Source of the DNA: a bacterium
GTDB taxonomy: Bacteria > Electryoneota > Electryoneia > Electryoneales > Electryoneaceae
Direction of reading: 5' to 3'
Length of the DNA: 50,313 bases
NCBI GenBank assembly: GCA_043801585.1
Contig: JAZDLX010000076.1
Span: 1-50,313 of the forward strand
Part shown: in pieces, positions 39,122 to 48,261 of the stretch
How the letters are laid out: the number at the start of each line of letters is the position of its first letter
Numbering within the stretch: position 1 is the first letter of the stretch
Notes under the pieces: model-generated
What the model saw: the letters and a program-made list of their open reading frames with translations, nothing else
Told to the model about the DNA's origin: nothing
The model's database searches: none
Position numbers and translations under genes: made by a program

Positions 39122-39765
39122 CGCATGCCCTCCTCGTTTTCTCCTTCCTCATCTCCGTGTTCGGGGAGGGTCTCATCACTCTCCGGGTTCACTTTTTCAA
39201 CGTTCTGGTCATCTTCCAGGAGATCGTTTTCTTCTGAAGCGTCTTCTGCGCCCGGTGACGCTTGATGTTCGACTCCGGCGGGCTCCACCGAGCGGCGGCC
39301 GAGCAGAAGGTTGAGTATCACCTGGAATGCGATCAGCGTGAACCCGAGAGGGATGACGACTTCAAAAGGCCATGCGGGCAATCCGGAACTCAATTCGCTG
39401 CCAAAGGCTTTTTCAGAGGAGACGAAGACAAGAGCGGCGCGGGCCATCAGCATGCTGATCAGTATCGTGAACAGTCCGACAATCCACCCGAGAACGATGC
39501 GGGCCTTTGGACCGGTGAAGCGGCTGATGACGTCAATGGATATTTGCCTGCCCTGGCGGGTGGCAAGCACGGCTCCGAACATCCCGACGGCGAGAACGAG
39601 ATGACGCAGGACGACATCCGCCCAGGTGATGCCTCCACCAATAATGTTGCGAAGCATAACCTGCGTGAAGGAGAGCAGCACCATCCCGAGCAGCAGGGTG
39701 ACAACGAGGATGGAGACAGCAGCGTTCAGTCCGTGGTCGATGGCGGCGACACCCCTGCGGAACAC
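39118..39765 (-). CDS. dctQ: TRAP transporter small permease with acidic C-terminal tail
   Basis: QV..RN, WAD...RHL, ISID, four TM helices; GGAGG RBS before GTG 39765. Confidence 0.88.
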   Translation of the reverse strand: MFRRGVAAIDHGLNAAVSILVVTLLLGMVLLSFTQVMLRNIIGGGITWADVVLRHLVLAVGMFGAVLATRQGRQISIDVISRFTGPKARIVLGWIVGLFTILISMLMARAALVFVSSEKAFGSELSSGLPAWPFEVVIPLGFTLIAFQVILNLLLGRRSVEPAGVEHQASPGAEDASEENDLLEDDQNVEKVNPESDETLPEHGDEEGENEEGMR

Positions 39766-39766
39766 T

Positions 39767-40798
39767 CTATTGTCCTCCCGAGCGATATTCATCCAGAGTT
39801 TTTTCGATTTCTTCAAGCAGGGATGCGGGGTACAGTTCGCCGATCAGTTCCTGGCGAACCTCCTCTCCCACTTTGCGGTATTTCGCAAGTTCCTCGGCGG
39901 AAGGAGCCGGGATCATCTCCACGCCTGCTTTTTGCAACTTCTCGATCGCGGTCCGATTGTCCCGGCGCGTAAGCAGAGTCAACTCGCGCAGCTTTTGGCG
40001 GCTGATCTCGAGCAGCGCTTTCTGTTCGTCAGGAGGGATTTTGTCGAACAGGTTCTTGGTCATCAGAACCGCACCCATCGAATTTGTCAACGGGCTCAGG
40101 TTCATGTACTTGGTGCGAGTGAACCACTGCAGGCTGATCGCCGCCATCGGCGCAGTGTAGACGGCATCCACCATTCCTGTCTGCAATGCAGTCAGCACTT
40201 CGGTAACCGAAAGAGGAACCGGGGTGACGTTCAACGCCTTGAAAAGTTTCGCCGCGAGTGGGTCACCCTGCCACGTCCAGACTTTGATTCCCCGCACATC
40301 GTCAATGGTCCGAATCGGCACATTGCTGAAGAAATAGACGTATCCGACCTCGGTCCAGCCAAGCAGAACATAACCCTTATCACGAAATGCCTTGTCAAAA
40401 GTATCAGTGAACCGGTCGAGGATGTAGTCGATCTCAGCTTTATCACGGTACAGGAATGGCAGTTCGAGGATGCGCATTTCCGGCAGGATTTCGCCGAGTC
40501 CGTTTCCGGTGAACCCCGCTCCTTGGAGCTGTCCGAAACGCATTTTACGCAGAACGTCCGGTTCATCTCCCTGCACACCGCCGGGGTACATCCTGAATCC
40601 GACGTCACCGTTGGTCGCGGCGCGAACTTCATTGTCAAGCTGATCCATCACATTCATCCAGGAGGATCCAAGGGGGGCGACGCTGGCGAACTTGATCTCG
40701 TACTTGGGCCGGTCTGCCGCGCTGCTGGTGAGGCTGGGCAGAAGGAGCATCGTAACCGCCATCACGATCATCATCGCACGGTTGGCGTGGCGGGTCAT
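39767..40798 (-). CDS. dctP: TRAP substrate-binding protein (DctP, TatP_T type)
   Basis: Signal peptide, KFASVAP.GS.W, YPGGVQGDE, LQTGMVD. Confidence 0.92.
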   Translation of the reverse strand: MTRHANRAMMIVMAVTMLLLPSLTSSAADRPKYEIKFASVAPLGSSWMNVMDQLDNEVRAATNGDVGFRMYPGGVQGDEPDVLRKMRFGQLQGAGFTGNGLGEILPEMRILELPFLYRDKAEIDYILDRFTDTFDKAFRDKGYVLLGWTEVGYVYFFSNVPIRTIDDVRGIKVWTWQGDPLAAKLFKALNVTPVPLSVTEVLTALQTGMVDAVYTAPMAAISLQWFTRTKYMNLSPLTNSMGAVLMTKNLFDKIPPDEQKALLEISRQKLRELTLLTRRDNRTAIEKLQKAGVEMIPAPSAEELAKYRKVGEEVRQELIGELYPASLLEEIEKTLDEYRSGGQ

Positions 40799-40990
40799 GG
40801 ATCGGTCCTCGTTTTCAAAAACTTGGTTTAACACGTTGAAACGACTATCGTTTCAGATGGAAACGCTTGCTACGGAACTCTTAATGTACAATAGCGGAAA
40901 CAGAAAATTGTGATCAAGGTCGCTCGCCAGAGCTCTCGTTGTGACAATCAAGGGATACAGGAAGAATCAGGCGCGAAGCTAACAGCCGGC

Positions 40991-41869
40991 CTACAGATAA
41001 TCCTCCAGGTGGTCGAGCAGCCAGGCGGCTTTTTCCTGGGTGACACGGTTGATCAGGATTCTGTCTTCCTGCCAGGTTGACGGATCCGAATTCAGGATTT
41101 CTTCGAGGTGCTGGCGGGCGGCCTCGCCATCCAGCGCGGGCAAGTCCACGTATTTGACAATGAAGAACTTTCCGAGCAGCATTGTGCCGCCGGTGAGCTC
41201 CTGCTGGCGTTCGAGGTGGGCGCGTGCTTTGTCCGGGTCACCGCCCAGCATCCGGGCGCGGACTCCATAATAAGCCCCGAAAAAGAGGTGAGCCCCGGCG
41301 AAATAGTAGCTCTCGTCGTGTTCCTGGACCCAGGCCATCAACGCCTCAACGCGGGGGAGATCGCCCACGGCGGTGATGTCGTCCAGCGAAAGCATCAACG
41401 CGCTCGCCCAAGCATTTCCCAGCCAGAAAACTCCGGGAAGAACGGCGGTGGGAAGCGCCTGAACGGCTGCTTCAAAATCATGGATGTTCTCGATGGCGAG
41501 CAGATCGACGCCGGTGCGGTGACGGAGCCAGGTTGCGGCATACTGGCGTCCGCGAAGGTACAATTTCTTCGCCCGTGCAGGATCGGAGTCCTCGGCGAAC
41601 GCGAGGGCGTAGGCGGTGAACCCTTGGGCCGCGACAAGACGGAGGCGCTGGTTGTTGGGGTCGGAGCGCAGCAGCCCTTCGATCAGGGTCAGGTTGCTCT
41701 CAAGGCTGGTCTTCGCAATGACAAGGTCATCCTCGGCCATCATCGCCTCGAAACCGCCATCGATGAGCGGTCCCGTCGCGGTCCGGACAGCAATCCGTTG
41801 AACGCTGCATCCGCCAAACAGTCCGGACAATCCCGCAGCAACCAGCAGGATCAGAGTGCGTTTACCCAT
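40991..41869 (-). CDS. tatT: TatT (T component) lipoprotein of a TPAT transporter
   Basis: Lipobox FGGC; EDD...K..L.S.L...EGLL..DP.N, A.GF..YA.AF, Y.RG..Y, GAH...G.YY......GGD..KA..H; lies directly upstream of dctPQM. Confidence 0.85.
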   Translation of the reverse strand: MGKRTLILLVAAGLSGLFGGCSVQRIAVRTATGPLIDGGFEAMMAEDDLVIAKTSLESNLTLIEGLLRSDPNNQRLRLVAAQGFTAYALAFAEDSDPARAKKLYLRGRQYAATWLRHRTGVDLLAIENIHDFEAAVQALPTAVLPGVFWLGNAWASALMLSLDDITAVGDLPRVEALMAWVQEHDESYYFAGAHLFFGAYYGVRARMLGGDPDKARAHLERQQELTGGTMLLGKFFIVKYVDLPALDGEAARQHLEEILNSDPSTWQEDRILINRVTQEKAAWLLDHLEDYL

Positions 41870-43340
41870 CCTCACCGTAGACCTCGATCCGTCGTTTTTC
41901 AAAATCGTGTTTTCCCACCGCCATCGTCATCAGCGCCGGAGTGACTTCTTTTGCCTGACGCACCATCTCCGCCGCGATCCGGCGGATATCCCACTGAGCG
42001 TGAAGATCCTCACGGAGGCGGCTGACGTGGTACATCTCGCGTGCGTTCGCCTTGAACAGAACCCGCCGCCGGTGAGCGTTCGTCAGGGCATAGGGAGCAG
42101 CAGCCGGATGTTTAGCGGCGATTTTGTGACCCAGGCAGGCGGAGGCTTCCATCACCTCATTAAACAGATCTTCGCCGTTCGCCTCGCGCACGGAGTCGGG
42201 TATCGTCCATCCGAGGGACGGATCGTAAGGACCGAGGATCTGGGTTGACATCCGGTGCCGTTTCAACTGCCCGTAGGCCGCCCCGGAGAGCGAGAGCTCG
42301 AAGGTGAAGTCCGCAAGCTCGAATTCACGCGGCGGCGGATCCCAGGGACGGCCGTTCCGGAGAGTCGAATGAATCATCTCGGAACGCTGCTCGTCCGTCG
42401 AGGCGCGCACGCGCTCCGTGGCGGAATCCCAGTCGAGATTCTGTTGATTCACCAGCATCGCCGCGATCACCATCGTGTCCCCATCGGGCGTGTGCGTCAG
42501 CAGACGGACGGCTGGAATCACGGAGACCCCCTGGTGATCCCAGTGGCACATACGGGCAAATTGAGCGCGTTCGAAATCGGTGGCGTCGATGTATTTGATC
42601 AGACTCGGCGCGATCCCATGGACAGCGTCTCGAAGCTGCTGTCCGAAGAGGTTGATCTCCTTCAGGGGATGGGCGAGGGCGTCACGGATCATCATCTCCA
42701 GTGTGCGGGCATTGAGCGTCATCCCGAACTGCGCCTGAGTCGCCAGGCTGACCACGTAACGGGCGTCCTCGGAGGCGAACGACTTGGCCGCCCTCTCGGG
42801 ATTTTCCTCTCCCTTCGCTTCGCAGAGGGGAATAAAATATTCTGTCAACATCGGGTGCAGCACGAAATAGGCGTTGTTCTGGTGCTCGATCAGGGCGAGA
42901 AATTCCTTTTCGAATCCCGATTCGACGATTTCCGGCGGGACGACGATGTCGCCGTCGAGCTTGATGTAGCGCTGGGATTTTTCGGTGAAGGAGGCCAGCC
43001 GGTGACGTTCCACTGCTTCCACGCCGAGTCTGCTGATCCCAACGACGTCCACGTTGAAGGAAGCGTGCTCGGCGACGGAGGAGTGTCCGAGTCCGAAAAC
43101 GATATTTTCGTTGGAGCGGCGGGCTTTCTCCACCTCATGACGGCTGATTTCGCGCAATTTGCCGACCTCGGCGGGGTTGCGACTGATCCGGGCGTAGGCG
43201 GCGGAGATGGTTTCCGGCGTAATCGATTCCCGCGCGGGGGGAGGTGCGCCGTCGTAGGCGGCGGCGATCAGTTCATTCAGGGTGTTGATGTCCACATTGA
43301 CACCGGCGAGGGTCACGTTCAAGGGCAGGGGGCGGATCAT
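41862..43340 (-). CDS. thyX: FAD-dependent thymidylate synthase with tandem Thy1 domains
   Basis: GHSSVAEH, RHRLASFTEKSQRY, EDARY, NARTL; second repeat QLKRHR, NARE, LR...HAQWDIR. Confidence 0.9.
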   Translation of the reverse strand: MIRPLPLNVTLAGVNVDINTLNELIAAAYDGAPPPARESITPETISAAYARISRNPAEVGKLREISRHEVEKARRSNENIVFGLGHSSVAEHASFNVDVVGISRLGVEAVERHRLASFTEKSQRYIKLDGDIVVPPEIVESGFEKEFLALIEHQNNAYFVLHPMLTEYFIPLCEAKGEENPERAAKSFASEDARYVVSLATQAQFGMTLNARTLEMMIRDALAHPLKEINLFGQQLRDAVHGIAPSLIKYIDATDFERAQFARMCHWDHQGVSVIPAVRLLTHTPDGDTMVIAAMLVNQQNLDWDSATERVRASTDEQRSEMIHSTLRNGRPWDPPPREFELADFTFELSLSGAAYGQLKRHRMSTQILGPYDPSLGWTIPDSVREANGEDLFNEVMEASACLGHKIAAKHPAAAPYALTNAHRRRVLFKANAREMYHVSRLREDLHAQWDIRRIAAEMVRQAKEVTPALMTMAVGKHDFEKRRIEVYGEDG

Positions 43341-44908
43341 GAGTGAGCTCCGTAGAGGCGGTGCTGAAGCCGTTCAACAGCCTGGCGCAAACTTGGATCG
43401 GTGAGCACAATGTCCGATGCACCCGCTTTCATCCACTTGGTCACCTGGGCCTGGCTGGCCCCGCGGGAAAGGACGATCACCTTCGCCTTGGCGGTGCCCG
43501 CCCAGTTCAGGGTGGCGTTGAGCATCGAATCTACTTCCACCTCGAAACTGTTGGCGTCCAGCAGCACCCAGCGCGGTTTCCGTTTCTCGAGGGTCGGTAG
43601 CAGTCCTTCCCGGCGGGAGAAGGCGATCAGGCGCAGGCTCGGGCTGGCGACCCCGAGGGCGAGACGGTAGCGCATCCGGCTGTCCGTGCTTACCAGCAGG
43701 GCCGTCGTCCCCTCACCGAGGGCGTCACCGCTGATCGCCCAGCGGAGACGGTGGTGCGCTTCCTGGTCGCTGGAGTTTCGGTTCAGCAGATCCCAGGCGC
43801 CAAAGTCAACCAGGTCACGAGATTTTTCAGCGTCGCCGTCAGCATACGACTGCTCGGGTTCCGAAGAGATCCACAACCGTGGGATAGTGCGGAACTTGGC
43901 AACGGACCGCAGAAGCCGTTCCACCCTGACAGCATCCCGGCCCCAGAGATCCGCGTCTCCAAGAATCAGATCGGTGCGTGTTTCGGAGACCGCTTCGGAC
44001 ACGGCGTCAAGATCGGTGGAAGAAACGACCGTCACTTCACCAAGTTCGCGCAGCAGCTCTTTCCACCGTTTGTCGGTGCCGAGCAGAACCGTACGGGGCG
44101 TGAATGCCTCGGCGAGAACGTCGTGGTCCCGTGATCGATACCCGATTTCCTGCTGACTCTTTTCCCGGCGCTGGGAGAGACCGGACGCCACTCGCCAGGT
44201 CTCCTCGACGATTCCCGCGAGTTTCTGCCTTGCGACCCCGTCGATCTTCTCGATCACCGCTTCATGCCCGTGTCCTCTGGCGCGGAGCAGTTGCAGGCGT
44301 ACCGGTACCTCCGGCCCGTCCGCTTCGATCTTCAAGGTTGCCTTGGGTACGGCATAGCCGTCCGGGCCGATCTCACCATCGAGGGTTTCGTCGAAAAAGA
44401 TGCGGCTGATCGAAACACGGCTCGGTTGAACGGACACCCACTCACCGAACCAGATCAATCCCAGTTCGATCGTCCGGGAGCCACTTAGATCCGCAACAAA
44501 TTCGTGTGCCGTTCGCTCGAGGTCGAGAAGGTTGATCAGCTCCACGGCGGGGCGGCTCTCATGCTCGATTCGTTCGCCCACGGAAGCGGTGAAAGTAACG
44601 ATCTGCTCGATGCCGTCTTCAAACGCAACGAGTCTCCCGTGCAGGGTGACCGGTTCGTGCCAGAATTCCTCCGAGGGCGTGGGCAGCAGAGAATCGACAA
44701 TCAGGACGATCCCGCCGTTCCCGTCACGGTGTGCCGCGAGAGGCAGGCTGGTGAACACTTCCTCGCCCGCCCGTGTCAGTGTCAGATGGCCTTTGCGGGC
44801 GAGCGGAGAGGTGAGCCAGGCAATCCAGTCTTCATTGCCAACGGACCCTTCTTCGCCACGAGAGAGTAGGCGTTGCAGAGAATTCGAAAGACGGGATTTG
44901 GCTGTCAC
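43337..44908 (-). CDS. Hypothetical protein: YcgR-like PilZN/PilZ-like region plus two receiver-like domains
   Basis: Long ORF with ATGA overlap to thyX; receiver-like patterns (TDLILGD, GAWDLL; PRWVLLD, VIVLS, AGASDIV); start uncertain. Confidence 0.6.
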   Translation of the reverse strand: MTAKSRLSNSLQRLLSRGEEGSVGNEDWIAWLTSPLARKGHLTLTRAGEEVFTSLPLAAHRDGNGGIVLIVDSLLPTPSEEFWHEPVTLHGRLVAFEDGIEQIVTFTASVGERIEHESRPAVELINLLDLERTAHEFVADLSGSRTIELGLIWFGEWVSVQPSRVSISRIFFDETLDGEIGPDGYAVPKATLKIEADGPEVPVRLQLLRARGHGHEAVIEKIDGVARQKLAGIVEETWRVASGLSQRREKSQQEIGYRSRDHDVLAEAFTPRTVLLGTDKRWKELLRELGEVTVVSSTDLDAVSEAVSETRTDLILGDADLWGRDAVRVERLLRSVAKFRTIPRLWISSEPEQSYADGDAEKSRDLVDFGAWDLLNRNSSDQEAHHRLRWAISGDALGEGTTALLVSTDSRMRYRLALGVASPSLRLIAFSRREGLLPTLEKRKPRWVLLDANSFEVEVDSMLNATLNWAGTAKAKVIVLSRGASQAQVTKWMKAGASDIVLTDPSLRQAVERLQHRLYGAHS

Positions 44909-45044
44909 GGGTTCTCGGGTCGGTTGTACAACGTTCGTCCTGCATCCCGGCTGGCAGAACATTATCCAGCATCCTGAAAACGATGATGGTTGTCCTGAAA
45001 CGGGAATCGCACCCGGAAGGTGCAGATTCCCCACACACCGGGGG

Positions 45045-45233
45045 TCAGGCGGTCAGATCAATGGTCGAGGAACCGTCGGGAGGAGGAGGTCCCTTGCGGG
45101 GCTCTTCGTGTTTCTCCTCTTCCTCTTCGTGCTCCTCTTCTTTCTTTTTATCGCGCTGTTTCCGGTTTGGCAGATCCTGGAAATGCCGCCGATAATGTAC
45201 CGGTTTCACACCGGGGCTGTCGTCCATAGCCAT
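45045..45233 (-). CDS. Small charged hypothetical protein (62 aa) ending in IDLTA
   Basis: Fills the intergenic gap on the operon strand; coding-like K/E-rich codon runs. Confidence 0.55.
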   Translation of the reverse strand: MAMDDSPGVKPVHYRRHFQDLPNRKQRDKKKEEEHEEEEEKHEEPRKGPPPPDGSSTIDLTA

Positions 45234-45333
45234 CTCTGGTCTGATACTGCCTCAAGTTCAGAACTCCAATCGGAGGTCTTCAGGAAAGCTAAAAACAGCG
45301 CGAGCTCCCCACAAGCGTCTTTTCGCTTTGGGA

Positions 45334-46098
45334 CTAAAAGGCTTGAACGATTTCCCCGGCTCGTCCGGGCATCCAACCCTGGCGCCCATCTGTCAGCCGA
45401 ACCTCCCACCAGTCTTCTAACTGCTTGACAATTGTGATGGTAGTACCCGTGTGCAGCGAGAAGACCTCGAGGCTTGTCGGGTCTGGAGCGCTGTGAAGCG
45501 ATACTTTGTCCACCAGAATCACCGCTTGGGGAGGACCGTGATCGGCAGCGACACGAAGACTGACCAACAGCAGGGCGACAAGGGCGAGGACGGAAAACGT
45601 GAGAGTCAGGATCCGGAGACCCCTGCGAAAAACTCCCCGCACGCTCAGCAACGCGGCAAAGGCGAGAGCTGCAGCGAGGGTAATGACCCATGCCAGACGG
45701 GCGCCAAGCTCCCGGGAGATCAGGTCACGGAAGGTGTCGACGAGATCCCAGATGGGCAACCGCGGAGGCTGTTCGATCCGGTCCACGGTTCGCGAACGGG
45801 CCAGGTCCAGGTTGTAACGGACGTCCCGGTTGTGCGGCATCATCCGTTTCGCGCGTTCATAGTAGAGAATCGCCCGCCCCAGGTCACCGCGCTTGTACCA
45901 GGCGTTGCCCATGTTGTAGAGGAGTGGACCTGAGACATATCCGCCGGTGATCACCCGCTGGTAGATGTCAATCGCACGCTCGTACTGCCCCGCCCGATAC
46001 GCGGAATCCCCCTCGGCGGCGAGATCGTGCACCGGAGAAGCGTCAACCACCATCGGAAGCGTGTGGAGAGCGACCAGCACAAGGACGATCAGCTCCAC
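45334..46098 (-). CDS. batE: BatE-like TPR + SH3 protein
   Basis: LYNMGNAWYK.GDLGRAILYYERA, two TM helices, SAP..S..VF.LH.GT, W.EV.L.DG..GW. Confidence 0.88.
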   Translation of the reverse strand: MELIVLVLVALHTLPMVVDASPVHDLAAEGDSAYRAGQYERAIDIYQRVITGGYVSGPLLYNMGNAWYKRGDLGRAILYYERAKRMMPHNRDVRYNLDLARSRTVDRIEQPPRLPIWDLVDTFRDLISRELGARLAWVITLAAALAFAALLSVRGVFRRGLRILTLTFSVLALVALLLVSLRVAADHGPPQAVILVDKVSLHSAPDPTSLEVFSLHTGTTITIVKQLEDWWEVRLTDGRQGWMPGRAGEIVQAF

Positions 46099-46154
46099 AA
46101 TGCGAAGCCCGCCCGAGAAGTGTGAAGGCCGGTTATAGCACGCTTTTTGGCGGT

Positions 46155-46343
46155 TTGTCCACATCTCATCCACCTCTTTCTCACCGAGGTTATCCCCAGC
46201 CGAAACGAATTCTGAAAACTTACACATGATATTTTATCTACTTGTTTATTGGTAAAATAAGCATTTAGTAATTATCGTATTTCCGTAAGTCAGCCTCTTA
46301 TCCACCGCTTGTTCACAGTCCCGTGAAACACAAGTTGTCCACC
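46155..46343. promoter_or_regulatory. DnaA-box cluster flanking an AT-rich core (candidate oriC or DnaA-titration locus)
   Basis: Near-matches to TTATCCACA at 46155 (TTGTCCACA), 46166, 46177, 46190 (TTATCCCCA), 46298 (TTATCCACC), 46309 (TTGTTCACA), 46335 (TTGTCCACC); about 20% GC at 46227-46282. Confidence 0.65.
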
Positions 46344-46363
46344 GTTTCACCGGGATATCCAGT

Positions 46364-48259
46364 TCACCGCCCGCCCCCGAGGGGACGGTCCGCCGTCATA
46401 ATCCACGTTCGGCCACCTTCGATTAATTCACCAAGTGCATGAGGATCCGCACCTTGTGGTGTGAACCGGGCGGTGTTGCAACGTCCCAGAATCTCCTCAA
46501 GCTCGCCAATAAGCTCTTCGTTTAATCCCCTTGAGGCGAGTTCCGATCGGCGAAGGGGTTCATCGAGTTGCGCGACGGGCACGCCGATTCGGTCCGCCAG
46601 ATAACTGATCAGACCTCTTGCGAGAGCGGTGTACCCCGATTCGATCTCGCCGGAGGCGTGCTGGCCCCGGGCCTGTTTGAGCGCATTCATCGCGCTACGG
46701 GCGGCACGGCGGCTGCGGCGTTCGCTCTCACGGCCGGCTTCATGTTGGCGCAGACCCCGGATCACAAATCCAGCCAGCGCAACAAGCACCGGAACCAGGT
46801 AGGTCAACCAGTAACTGAACCGTTCGGTGATCGGTGGCCCAATCTGTTTCAGTCCCTTGCCGGTGTCGACGATCCACCGGATGTCCGTTCCTACGGTTTC
46901 CACTCGCGAGGGGGCGCCGCCGGGAATCTGTTCCTCGCCGGACCCGGTCCAGCCGGTTGCCGGCATCACCTGCAGGGTCAACGGCCTGGTTGACAGTGTG
47001 AAATACTTCTTCGCCTTCGGATCGTAATAGTTAAAAGAAATCGCGGGTATCTGCTGCGAACCCACTCGGCGCGGGATCAGCAGGTATTTGAACTTTTTCT
47101 CACCACGAAGCGTTCCGCCGCCGGGGTGTTTCGACGTTTCCAATTCAGGCTCATAACGTTCGATATCGGCCGGGACAGAAACCTCCGGGGTGGGAACGAA
47201 GCCGACATTGCCACTTCCCGAGATGGTCACTGTCAAAAGCACGGAATCGTTCACACGGACGGTGTCCTGATCAAGTTCAGCCTCGATTTTCCAGTCGCCG
47301 ACGAGATTGTCGAAATGTTGCGGTTGGCCCTGTTCGGGAAGGGATTTGACGCTGATCGTCACAGGTTTCGACGAAATCTCACGCTCCTGCAAGCCCCCCG
47401 AGAAAAACGGATCGTTGAAAAAGTCGTCGAAGATGCTGCGTTTCCGTCCGCCCTCGACCTGAAGCACAATCTCCATCGGTCCAATCGTCAGCTTCCCTGT
47501 TTTCGTTGGGAAGAGAATCAGACGGTGCAGCACCGCCGCGTTGTAGGTCTCCCCGCTGATCGTTCTCTGGACAACATCCGGCGGATTGGAAACCTCCCAT
47601 TCTTCGCTCCAAAAGCCCTCGGTACTCGCCAGACGCCGGACGTCGTAGGTGCGAACGGAAGGCTGGAAGTATAGCGTCCAGGTGACGACGATGGGTTGCT
47701 GGAAAACAGCTTCCCGTGGCTGGACATCAACTTGCAGGAAGATGTCATCTTGTTGCCCTGACGGTGAGGGGACGGGTTCCGGGGGAACTGGAGTACCCCG
47801 GGTGGTTGCTGCGGGCGGAGCGCTCGTCCCGGGCGGACTGCTCGAACCCGGTGAGGAAACCTGGATGGTGACCGGATTGCCCTTGATCACTTTGCCCCGA
47901 ACCTTGACCTCCGGGGCGGGGATGACATGGTCTCCCTGCCGCATGGCGCGAAGAGTATAGGTCAGGATCCGTTCGCTGGACATGCGTCCGTTGACGAACT
48001 GCATGTTCATGTTGGTGTTGGGACCGGTCAGGATCTGAAATGCGCTGGGAAGGTTGACAGTCGGCGAAGGCAGAGATCCGGTTCCACTCACGCTGATCCG
48101 GTAGACAAATGTTTCACCCACCTGCAGCGCCGCTGGGTTGGCGATTGCAGTGACATCCTGGACATCCGCCTTTGCTGTAATAGGGGTCAGCAGAGAAACC
48201 CCGCTCACGAGCAGGAGCCAACCGAACAACAGGACGCTATTTCCAATCCCCCGCTGCAT
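46364..48259 (-). CDS. batD: BatD-like protein
   Basis: Signal peptide, repeated Ig-like BatD domains (GFW.E, LFP...G.L.I, G.GN, Y.LIPR..G, F.YYDP...KY), C-terminal TM and ARFTP. Confidence 0.88.
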   Translation of the reverse strand: MQRGIGNSVLLFGWLLLVSGVSLLTPITAKADVQDVTAIANPAALQVGETFVYRISVSGTGSLPSPTVNLPSAFQILTGPNTNMNMQFVNGRMSSERILTYTLRAMRQGDHVIPAPEVKVRGKVIKGNPVTIQVSSPGSSSPPGTSAPPAATTRGTPVPPEPVPSPSGQQDDIFLQVDVQPREAVFQQPIVVTWTLYFQPSVRTYDVRRLASTEGFWSEEWEVSNPPDVVQRTISGETYNAAVLHRLILFPTKTGKLTIGPMEIVLQVEGGRKRSIFDDFFNDPFFSGGLQEREISSKPVTISVKSLPEQGQPQHFDNLVGDWKIEAELDQDTVRVNDSVLLTVTISGSGNVGFVPTPEVSVPADIERYEPELETSKHPGGGTLRGEKKFKYLLIPRRVGSQQIPAISFNYYDPKAKKYFTLSTRPLTLQVMPATGWTGSGEEQIPGGAPSRVETVGTDIRWIVDTGKGLKQIGPPITERFSYWLTYLVPVLVALAGFVIRGLRQHEAGRESERRSRRAARSAMNALKQARGQHASGEIESGYTALARGLISYLADRIGVPVAQLDEPLRRSELASRGLNEELIGELEEILGRCNTARFTPQGADPHALGELIEGGRTWIMTADRPLGGGR

Positions 48260-48261
48260 GG

